From: Vitrella brassicaformis CCMP3155
Taxonomy: Eukaryota > Protista > Chromerida
DNA: 64,000 nucleotides
Reading direction: 5' to 3'
Assembly (NCBI GenBank): GCA_001179505.1
Contig: CDMY01000144.1
Coordinates: forward strand, 62,001 to 126,000
Made by a program: the position numbers and the translations under genes. The stretch's first letter is position 1. Each line of letters begins with the position of its first letter. Below the pieces are notes generated by a model, which saw only the letters and a program-made list of their open reading frames with translations, had not been told where the DNA came from and searched no databases. Below, piece after piece: positions 23,101 to 34,071 of this stretch.

Positions 23101-26100
23101 GTAGTTAGATCATCTAGCTCATCTAGCTGCCTGCCGCCACCCATTTTCAACCCGTTGGCATTGAGGTATATCCTTGGATGGTAGTAGACACGCTCCACCG
23201 ACACTCCCTCACCTGAGGGATCAAGAGCAGCCAAGGACCACCCTGGCCGTTTTTGTGGTGTCTCCTTCCTCCTGCCTCTTCACCGACCGAAGTGAGTGTA
23301 TGCGGTAAGTGTGAAGACGTAATCGAGACCGAAGTGGAGAGGGAAGTCAGGCAGCAACACCTCACTACCCTCCAGATTGGTCAGAGCGTCGCTGTCAACG
23401 AGACACACACGACACATGAACACATCGATGTGCGCATCCATGCATGCAAACACACATGGATTCGGTGAACCCCCATCGGGCCTCGAGGGTGTAGTTGGCG
23501 GCGCCCGTGAAGCCAAACCACCTCACGACCAGCGACGGGCTGTCAGACGACGGCGAAGCCCCCACACTGCCGGCATTGAGCTCCTCCGTCAGAGCCGGCC
23601 GTCTGTAGGAGAAGGCAAGGTCGCCCTTCAGGGGTGCGCCGGGCGCTGCATGGACGGCAGCAGCGAGAGACAGACCCAACAGAGTCTGCTGTCCTTATGT
23701 GTGACTTCGTCAGTCCTTACAATAGATGACCAGCTTTCGGTCGCCCGCTTCCTCGTTGACATTGGCATTGCCGGCCTGCGACAGAAACGAGACATAGATG
23801 CGATGCGATATTCCCATATATATGTCTGTGTGTCTCTCTGGCTGAGGGAGGGAGGATACGTACGTAGTCAACGGTGAGAGTGGTGCCGTTGATGTTGACA
23901 TAGATCTCCGAGGTGCTCTGCGGCACCGCCTCCACTGAATAAGACTGGTCGACACAAACGAACATACACGCAGGAAGAGGCAGAAAGTCTTGTCAGTGAC
24001 GCTGGTATGGATGACTGATAGGCAGGCGCTTACCTGGTCAGAGAGCTTGGTGAGCGTGTCTTTGGTCAAGTTGACTACGCCGCCTGCACACACGCACACA
24101 CACACACACAAACGGAGTCATGCATGAAGTATGTAATATATTGTGTGCACACCGACCCTCAAAAGTGGGCATGACTGCATACAGGTCTCGCAACGGCTCG
24201 GACCTGACGCAGCAAGATATGTATGTGGGTCACCTCACCGGTGCACCTCTCCTGCTGGCCTGAACGTCCTTTACTGACTGACCATGTGACAGTGACGGTG
24301 AAAGGGCTGTTGGCGTACTCGGGAACCGTCAGATTCACCGACGGAGGCGTCGTATCTGCCCCAACCAACACGTAACAATCAGCGACAATGTGGATGCGAA
24401 TTCGATTATTTGGCAGATTAGTGAGTCACCATATCGGAATTCGAACTCCTTGCCGTTGAATCTGAGCTGTCCCTGCGGCATTATCTTGACGGTGAATGGG
24501 AAGTCCTCCTCGCCGTAGCCCGGGTATACCCCAGCGGCCGTCACATTGGTGTCGTCAGTGTCAGTGTCATTTTGCCGCGTCACATTGAACTTGGCCAGGA
24601 ATGCAGTGTTGTTCAGCTCAGCCAAATCAACTGCACGTCCACACATACATGGATGGAGAGAGGCCCTTGTTCACGTCACGCAGCCAGCTGTTTGTTGTGC
24701 TTTTGGTGTGCTGACTGAATAGATAGGGCTCGATCTCGACCAGACGATTGACGTCCACAAAGCTTGTGAACATGTCCCTGTGGGTCGATGCATGGTATGC
24801 AATGGGAGGGCAGGCGCATACACGGCCGGGCGTCTGATCCCTCCATGTGTCTCACATGACATGGCACTCACCTTCTGTGTGGAGACGTGAACTGGATGAA
24901 CAATCCGTTGGCCACCTCTCTGGTGGTCAGCGTGCCGAAAGGGTTCACTTCCACAGGAAAGGATATGTCCACGTCAGGCGCAACATTGTCTGCACAACAC
25001 AGATACAAATTCAAAGGCGCGTACACGGCTCCTCTGCATGATATTGTGCCAATGCAAGCCGCTCACAGAAGAGAAACGAGACGTTGGCAGTTAGGGCGGT
25101 GTTGGGGTTGTTGTTGACGGTCGCCACGCGGAATGCGGGCAGATAGATGTTGATGGGCCCGGCGTGTCCCGCCCCTCCCACGGCATCAAACGAATATGTG
25201 TGGTTGAGCGTGGGGTGCTTCTGCTGGTTGGACAGGACCACCCCAGGCGATGTCTCGAGGTCAGCAATGTCGAACGGCACACCCTTGTAGTTTGGCCCCA
25301 GCTCCTGGTCGAACTCAATCTGATGAGCCAGAAACACCCATGTGTATCTGTGTGTGTGTGTGTTTGTCATCCATTCACTTTTCCATCGCTCACCTCGCAA
25401 TAAACAGCGTCGAAGTAGAAGATATCAGCGGTGTTCGTGTCTCCTGGGTTATCGTATGTGCGGATCACCGCACTGGGGCCAGCCATGGTGAGGTCATAGG
25501 GCTGCGGCAGAGACAGATTGCGGCAGAGAAATTCCGACACCTCCTCACATTGGCAGATAGTGGTGGTCGGCACGTCAAAAGCGCTCGCGAGGGGCGGCGG
25601 GTCGCACCTGAACTTGCCAAGTGGACAAGGGAAGTGCATGATATCGGAGAAGAGAGGGTAGTCAACTCTCGTGATGCTGGGGTCGAGATGGCCGAAGCAG
25701 TCGGTGCCCTGCCCGTTCCCGGTGACGATAAAGCCGGACGACAGCTCTGCATCGAGCTCCTCCCTCAGCACATCCCGGTCCACCCCACAAACTTGCTGCA
25801 GCCCGCTGGTATCCTCCACAGCGCCGTCAAGACAGGAAGCGCCACAGACAAACGAGCCGTCACCCTGGTCCCCTCCAAGCCCTCCGCCAACGCCCCCATT
25901 GCAAACACACTCGCCCGTATCAGCGTTGCACGCTATGGTGCCGTTGAGACATGTGAACGTATACACGTTGTCGTGGGTGTAGCGGTAGGTCAGCTCATCG
26001 CCGGCCAGCGTGGTGATGGCGAAAGACCAGTCCGCCGCCTCGCTCAGCTGCTGGCAGCGAAGCCGCTCCTCGATAGAGATGCCAGTGCAGTAGGCCGTGC

Positions 26101-26284
26101 GGTTGAGCTGGCTGTCGTATGTGTTGTTGGTGCAGTACTGGCCTTCATAGATGCCCTTGTGGTAGGCCAGCGGATCGTCAGCTGTCTGAAGGCCACGAGG
26201 GAAGCGGAGAGCAAATGCCGCTGGGCTCAGCAAGCACAGCGCGGCAAGACACCAGCAGCAAGATGATGGCACCGCTGAGCCCAT
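20132..26284 (-). CDS. Large type-I single-pass surface protein: signal peptide, Cys-rich N-terminal region, Ig-like beta domains, TM, coiled-coil/acidic/poly-Pro cytoplasmic tail
   Basis: Leader MGSAVPSSCCWCLAALCLLSPAAFA; many Cys and N-X-S/T sites; DTTPPSVNLT Ig-like start. Spliced TM PWWIYLIVAG/AVLLAVSGCCIFYWGY. The tail has a basic coiled coil, E/P-rich segments and poly-Pro runs, ending ...EPADDAVGWLAHGR*. Joining all exons into one gene is inferred. Confidence 0.7.
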
Positions 26285-26612
26285 TCCGTCGCCAGAGAGC
26301 CTTTTGCACTGCTTCGCGAAACCACTGCATGCATTGGGGGCGCCCCCCATCCCTAGCTCGCACCCGGCGTCTCGTTTCAGCATACCTCTGTGGTTGATAA
26401 GGGCTGGCGACCTACAGACTAGAGTGGAGCCAGAGATAGATGGATGAGCATGACATCCACAGGCCATATGTCAATATGGCATGGACGGCATCCATGGGTC
26501 GATGACTATATGACGGTCGTACTGTTTGTGAATATTGACATCAACAAATACATGTACACAAGCGGGTCACCGCAAAGTACACTCATCCACAGCGATGGAC
26601 TGTACACTTCCC

Positions 26613-27494
26613 TCAATCTCCCTTGCCATCCCGACCCCCATCCCTTGGTAAACCATCCCTTGCCTCAACCTCAGCCCAGTGCGGCAGGGGAGACAGGTGC
26701 TGTCCTCGAGGCTCCATGAGGTCATTGAACATGTTGACGGCCGACCGCAGATCTCGCTGCAATGATTGCCGGGTACATGGCCGCCCCACAGCCACCGACC
26801 TGGTATCGCCATCCTTCCCCTTGTCTCTCCACCGGATATACAGTTGGTGGCTCACGGCAGGAGGCTTTGGCCGATCGAGCTGGGTCACCATCCCCGGCCG
26901 ACCCCCTCCGACGCCCGTCTGCGCCAGCTGATCGGCGAGGTATTCCCTCGCCTCAAGGAGGGACATGACGCTTCCCTCAGGAATGTGTGATAGGGGCCGG
27001 CTCAGGGCGGAGATGGGCAGCTTGCGGCCAGGGATGGGACTCCCCGAATCGGGGCGCCACTCTTCGTCACCATCTTGCTGGATGGGAGGGGATGGTGTGT
27101 CAGAGGGGCCAGCACGTGTGAAGTCGGCTGGCCAAACAAATAACAGCTGGAGGTGCGATCAATGGCAGTGACATCTCACCTTTGTATCTGTCGAGGGCTT
27201 CTCGCTCGGTCTGGCAGCCGTCTTCTTCGATCAGCGACAAAGGCCAGGGAGGCTGTGGGAGGCCGTCAGCACCTCAACAGGGCACCGCCTGCGCAACACC
27301 TCAACAGGGCGGCGCGGAGAGAGGAATGAGGGCGAGAAGAATGGCGATGGGCCGGCTGGGGGCGGCCGAAACTGGAATGAGGGTGAGGAGAATGGCGATG
27401 GGCCATGAAAGATGTGCTGGGTCTGCCGTGTCGGCCTCGCCCCATCTCCAGCGTCGGGGGTGCCTTGGTTGATCCGCGGTTCCCCCCTATCCAT
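26613..27494 (-). CDS. Hypothetical protein, possibly with a degenerate AP2-like DNA-binding segment
   Basis: Spliced frame ...EREALDRYK/ADFTRAGPS...GSVMSLLEAREYLADQL...LYIRWRDKGKDGDTRSVAV..LQRDLRSAVNMFNDL. The 5' exon structure is uncertain. Confidence 0.35.
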
Positions 27495-27807
27495 CGCAAT
27501 GAGTGGTCACGGGATATGGGGCAGATCCGACTGACCGTGCGAGCCTGCAAAGGAATCGATATCCAATGCGTGTATGAGTGGCTGTCCATCGGTGCCCGTT
27601 CTTTCGCTCACCGTCAACGGATGGCACCGCAGCAAACGGATGGTGGGACGCGCATATCGTCAGTGCAACTACGATAAGGATCTCACTCTACAACCGCACA
27701 GACACAGATTCGACACTTCAACAGCACCTACAGGAGCGCACGTCGATCGGCGCCAAGCTCGCACGAGATCGAACAGCGAGATCGCCTTAGCATCAGATCC
27801 TCGAAGG

Positions 27808-30499
27808 ATGCATGTGCTAAGGCGTCCGTCGTCATCGCGGCTCTGCACCGCTCGGACCAGCAGATCTGCCGAAATCCTTCCTCAGTGTTGCGCTGCGCGT
27901 CTGTTCTCGACCTATGTTGACAGCACGGACCGCAAGACGGCCGTCAGCATCATGGAGGACCCCGCAGACATCCTCCAATACTTCATTCAGAACTCTGGTC
28001 GGTCAACACGCAAAACAACGCTCGAGATCTCACCAGTGAGTTCCTTGTTGTCTGTTATCGTGCATCACCAGACATGGATGCGCCAACATTGGAGACCACT
28101 CTGCGGTGCCTGGGCCGCATTGCCATCCGCAATGGCGCGCGGCAGATGGAGTCCATCACTGCCGATGAGCGGTTCCACCGGCTGCTGGGGACGATAGGCA
28201 GTCGGCTTGAGGAGGCTAACGGGAGGCTGCTGGCCATGCTGGCGACCGCCATGGCCTACTTCAGGAACCCTGGTGGCGAGCTGCTGGAGCTCGTGCACAA
28301 GCTGGGGGATGTGGTCATGCGCCGCGAGAACGCATTCAATCCCAGAAACCTCTCGTCACTCGCACTGGCCTTCTCCACGATGGGTGGGGGATTGGGGTGG
28401 GTGGGTGGGAAGGGCACATGAGTGTGTTGGTTGGGTTTGTCCTCTCCTCTCTTATCAGGTCACCGTGACCCGAATTTGATAGAGTTCATTCGCGTGGAGG
28501 CGGTCAAGTACATGCAGGACTTCCGCCCCAACGACCTGCACGTGATCATGGACGCCTACAGGCGGTGGGGGGTCTACAACAGGGAGCTGGCAGACATGCT
28601 CGTCGAGAGGATGACCGACGAAATCGACAGGTACACCAGCAAGGATGTCATCATGACGCTGCACGTGCTCTCACAGGTACGTACGGGCGCTAACACACGT
28701 GTGCAATCACACACATATCTCCATCCCTGCGTATCTCCCTGTGTGTGGTGTGGTGTGGCTCGCTGCAGGTCGGTCTTGCTCGCGGCTTTCTTCTGCGCCG
28801 ACTGGCCACGCTGGCATTCGAAAACCTGGGTGTGTAGGCGAGAAAAGACACTCACACGCGCACAAAACGCACACGCTGTCGGATGCGAGGCTGATTCCTG
28901 CCTGTCTGCATATAATGTATACAGGTGACTTTGACACCCGTCAGCTGGTTACACTCTTCTACTCCCTCTCGCGTTTGCGGTTCCTCTCGACCCAAAACTG
29001 CGACGATCTGATCGATGCCCTCAAGATACGCGACCTGGACCCCAAGAGCATAAACCTTGACTGCATGGCCATCGCACAGGTGACATTGACACAGACAGAC
29101 ACAGGCAGACTGTGCGGCCCACGTACATCGATCGATCTGTGCGTATGGCATGTTGTGTGCAGATTCTATTTTCCCTTGAGACGGCCGGCTACACGGAGAA
29201 CCCTGCCATCATTCAGTGCCTGGTCGACGCGTACCAGCACAAGATCACCGAGGGCAAGGCGACCGTGTCGCTCCTTGGAAAGGTCCGGTCCGCACTCACA
29301 CACGCACACTGTCCTGTCAGTCAGCACGTCGGGTTTGACCAAGCGTTCGTTGTTCTCCCCTGCTGCCTGGCTGGCTGCCTGCACCCAGGTCGACATGGCC
29401 CATGCGCTGTGTTTCTACAACCTCAAAGGTGGGCTGAGCAGCAAATGAGAGCGCATGCCATGCATCACCTCAAGGTGTGTGTCTGTGTGCGTGTCGTTGG
29501 CATTTGCGTATGTATAGGCACCCAGCCGTTGCTCGAGAAGACTCTGCAGGACATCTTTGCCGGACAAGTCACACGAAATCGGTAAGACACTACATACATA
29601 CGCATGAATCTATCCTTCATGGCTGCCTGCCTCCCTGCCTCTCAGTTTGCTGCACACCAAGCTGTGGGAGGTGATCGGCGCGCTGGAGGTGGAGCAGAAG
29701 GGGATGCGTGTGGACATCCCCGTGCAGTGGCGGGCGGCCTGCGATGAGACCGACCGTCTCGAGCAGGACAAGACCGAGACGTCCCGCGTCCACTCGGAGG
29801 TGGTCCTGGTGCTCGACAACCTCAAGGGCAAATACGCACTCAGCGTGCTCAGGAACCAACGAGCAGGTCAGCCAGTCGGTTGGTCAGTCTGCCATGCAAT
29901 GCGGTGTCTGTCAGGGGGGTGGTGTGTGGTTGTGTTGTGTGTGGTCAGGCTACTACCGTGTGGACTTGTATGACGAGGAGACCAAGATAGCCATCGACCT
30001 CGACACCGTCAACAGACCTGTGGGGAGGCTCCTCAAACACAGGTAGGTCACAAACACACACCCGCTGATGGTCTGCCGGTTGGTTTGCACAAAACTTGTG
30101 ATCGTCGTCTCTGTGGACTGACTGTCTTGCTTAGGCACATGTCGCTTCAGGGTTACCGCCCCGTCTCACTGGACTACTGGATGTGGAGGAGATGCAGATC
30201 GGAGGTGGGCCGCCGACTCACCCACACACACACACCAGCAACCAACCTGCGAGCCAGCATGATGTCTGTCTGTCGTATTGCCTTGCGTGCAGGAGGACCA
30301 GACTCTGTTTCTGAAGCAACTGCTGACGCGGCCTTTGGTGGATGCGGGGCGGCTGGATGCGTCGGCCCTGCCTTCGGCCGACCGGCCCCAGCAACAGCAG
30401 CAGCCAGCAAAGACGGCCTTCACAGACAGTGCGTTCGTGCAGAGTGACGACGAGCGGCGGCTGACAGAGAGCGAGAGTGAGGACAGGATGAGTATGTGA
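27808..30499 (+). CDS. RAP-domain / FASTK-like helical-repeat organellar RNA-binding protein
   Basis: Arg/Ser-rich organellar transit-like N-terminus. Helical repeats of the FNPRNLSSLALAF, FRPNDLHVIMDAY and FDTRQLVTLFYSLSRL type. C-terminal RAP-like YRVDLYDEETKIAIDLD..LLKHRHMSLQGYRPVSLDYWMW. Confidence 0.82.
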
Positions 30500-31746
30500 T
30501 GGAATGGGATCCATCCGTGTGATGTGAGTGGATGGGCCCTTCTTTGGCTTGTGCGAGGAGTGGATGAAGTCACTGACTGCACTTGTGGGTGCTTCAATGT
30601 CGGGGGATAGATAGGCTGGCGTCTGCCAGTGTCGTGCTAGTTGGTCTGCTTGAAATGGTCACCATCGATTGGTCGTAGCCAATGGATGGCGCACACTTCA
30701 GGGGGCTGACGAGCACTCACTGGCAAACTGGCAAACGACACGAAATGGATGGATGCCATGCAGAGAGCCGGGTCCATGAGTCATTCTTTGGATCAGAGAC
30801 GCAGGCAGGCAGCCGCAGGGTCTGACAGAGACACGTTGAGTACAACGTGAAGACACGTCATAAACACGTATGTCCCGTCTCGCAAGCGCGGCTGCATTCC
30901 GTGTCTGCCAGTGGACGTTTACATAGCCAAACTCACACCATTGGGGTAGCTTCTATCGACCACTCAACGGTGTCTGAGATCGGCGATGGGAACGGCCTCC
31001 AGCGGACAAGGAGCAACGCACAAGTAGGTCCATGAGATCACATCGATCAGGACACACACGGACGCCAACCCAACCGCCCACCCACCAGCCCGCTCCTCTT
31101 CTGACGTCTCTGTGTCTACCCTCTCGCTGTGTGTCGGTCTGTGCACGACGTGAAAGACAGGAGGGCGGATACGCGGTGTGATGACGACAGAACCCCGCAG
31201 CAGACACACACCCGAGACCGCCGACATCGACCATTTCAAGTACGCCAACCAGTCAAGCAAAAGAGAGACGACACATTCAGGGGCTCATTCAGGAGCTGCC
31301 CTGACCCGAGGGGGCAGAGTGAGCTGAAAAAGGGCTCCTCCTCTCGTCCCCCACATTGCATCGCACACGATCACATACATATACGTGGCGGTATACGTCG
31401 AGAAAGGCGATATGTTATGTTATGTACACTTGGAGGGGAGCCGGGCAGGAAAAACACACACACACGCAGACAGACAGACAGACACACGGACGGATGGCTG
31501 TGGACACCATACACGACACCAGTAGCGAGCGGGTGTAGTCGTCACCTCCCACGCACCGCCACAACCCCTGGTGGGCGGATGGCCGGTTGCGTCGCAACCA
31601 TCGTCACGCCAGGAGAGTTGGCACGAATGGGACGGTGATGACCTGACCAACGGCCGTACGCCTTGCTTGAAAACACAAATCAAAACTGTCGCAAGACCAT
31701 CATCGTCATGCAGAATGGCAGGCAGGCAGCCCGTGAGGTCGGTCGG

Positions 31747-33755
31747 TCACTGTTCTTTGAGCCACTTGAGCAGCTGTGGGGTGAAGTAGGATATCACGAT
31801 GTCCGCACCCGCACGCTGAATGGACGTGATGGTCTCCAACACCTGACATGAGAAGACAGACCGTTGCAGCAAGGCAAGGCGACCCTGGTCTGGTCGTCCG
31901 GCCTCCCTCCCTCACCGCTGTCTTCAGGTCGAATGCTCCATGCTGCGCACCGAAGTACAGCATGGCGTACTCACCCGACACCTACCATTCCCGACACACA
32001 ACACAACCATCCCTCTCGCCATGTGTATGGTTGATTGATGCATCCATGTAGGCGGGCGACTCAGTTGCAGCCCTACCTGGTAGGCGGCGATTGGCAGGGT
32101 GGTGCGGTTGCGGACCTCCCGGATGACGTCGAGGTAGACCCCCGCCGGCTTGACCATGAGGAAGTCCGCGCCCTCGTCCGCATCGCGCACCGACGCACGG
32201 ATGGCCAGGCCACGGGAGCCGGGGGGAAGCTGACAGACAGAGGGACGGACGGATGGATGGAGAGACGCCAGTCCATCTCATCTATTGTGTGTATGTGTGT
32301 GTGCGTCCCCGATCCCTCCCTGTGCCTACCCACCCTACCTGGTATCCCTTTCTGTCTCCGAATCCCGGTGCAGACCCGGCGGCGTCGCGGAAGGGGCCGT
32401 AGAAGCACGACGCAAACTTGGACGAATAGCTCATCACAGGGATCTAACGGAACATCACGTACGTACGTACGTACGTACACCAACCACACGAACGTGTGCA
32501 CTTCAGTGGTGTCTGTCGTGGGTGTAGTGTCGCTCCACCCGCTGCCTCACGTACTTACGTGTTCGTATCCCTCGCTCTTGAGGAGCTGCTTGATGGCGGC
32601 CACCCGCCCGTCCATCATGTCCGACGGCGCTATCACGTCCGCACCTGCCTTGACGTACGCTAGCGACACCTGGTTGAGTGACACACGCATGGACAGAGAG
32701 AGGACCAAACACACCAAGTGTCATTCATATTGGTTGGACGAGAGATGGTGTTCTGGCTGGCTTATATTATATGGGTACCTACCTCTGCGAGCCTCTGGAT
32801 TGACTGCGTGTTGGCGATCCTGCCGTGAGGATTCAGCAAGCCGCAGTGGCCATGATCTGATCAATAGGTGAATGGATCAACAAGTAAGAGTAGGTCACAC
32901 ACAGTCCGTCTGTCTGCCTGACCGACCTACCTGTGTATTCACAGAGGCAGACGTCAGCGACGAGGAGAGTGCTGATGCTGCGGATGACAGCGGATGCACT
33001 AAGCAGCTGCAGAGCCAACACCACAGGACTCTCGGGGCAGTCCGCCCAGCTGCCAGTGCTGTCTGCAGCGGAATTCACACATATATGCACAAGCCAAGGC
33101 TACATAAACGAGACACTCGTCCCCGTGCTTGCTTCACCACACCACGCACCTTTGACAGACTGTGGGACGACCCCGAAGAGCAGCACGGCCCTGAGGCCCT
33201 CATGCACCAGACGCTCCACCTCAGACACCACACGCCTGATGGACCAACACCATCCATCGACAGTGAATCAATGAGACAGAATGGACGAGCGCAAATCTCT
33301 GTCTGTGCATTCATTGTGTGAGTGCCCATCCCATCCACACGTGCGTACCTGTATCCGTATCGGCATTGCCCAGGCATGGAGGGTATCTCCTCACACCCAT
33401 CCGCCTCATGCGTCACGAACAGCGGATACACCAGGTTGGCTGGCGATATCGGCGCCACGCCCTGCCACGAACGCAAAGTCCTGCTCGAGTACCCCTGATG
33501 CAGACAGTGGGCAACCGGCGGCGCAGAAGTGCCCGACGACTCGCCGCCTCCCGTCAGCCGCGACGTCGCAGCGGGCGACGAGCATCCCGACGTGTGGTGG
33601 GTCCAGGCCTCGTCTGTGGAGCGGCGGGTGTGCGGGATGGGAATGCGGGGGGGAGGGGACACCTCCAGGCTGGCTCCTGACGGCATGGGCGATGACAGCG
33701 TCTTCGCAGGACCACCAGCGAGGCAAAGAAGCGCCTTGTCACTCGACAGAGCCAT
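31747..33755 (-). CDS. hemB: Porphobilinogen synthase (delta-aminolevulinate dehydratase), Zn-dependent Cys-type
   Basis: Exons give [100 protein letters not shown] and [14 protein letters not shown]. Both Schiff-base lysines are present. There is an ~80 aa N-terminal extension. Confidence 0.95.
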
Positions 33756-34071
33756 CACGATGAATGGAATGGTCTATGTGGGGTGTCAAGGGACGGCGAC
33801 ACTCATTCACACGATGCCAGTTTGCTCCTCTTATTTTCCACCTCGGAGGGAGCGGTTTCACGAAATGTCCTCCCTACCCGAATGCAAGCCTGTGCAGATC
33901 TCCGCATGACTTGAATCTGCATGAGCCAGTCTCTGTTTGTGCACCTGCAGCCACAGCTGAGGCGCTTTTCGACGAGATCAGCGACGATTCCTGCATGCTG
34001 TCAGCAGCACTGATGCAGCGGCTCTGAGTCAGCTCGTGCAACAACGGCGGCCTGCCAAAAGACTCACAGCA

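Noticed and set aside
27320-27410. 31-bp imperfect direct repeat (51-nt period) and nearby 14-bp repeat; considered as a CRISPR-like array
   Set aside because: Only two units, no Cas genes, eukaryotic context. It encodes a repeated Pro/Ser/Phe peptide on the minus strand.
30847-31720. Several 60-170 aa ORFs between the RAP gene and hemB
   Set aside because: Convergent 3' intergenic region with simple repeats and no protein-like motifs or consistent splicing.
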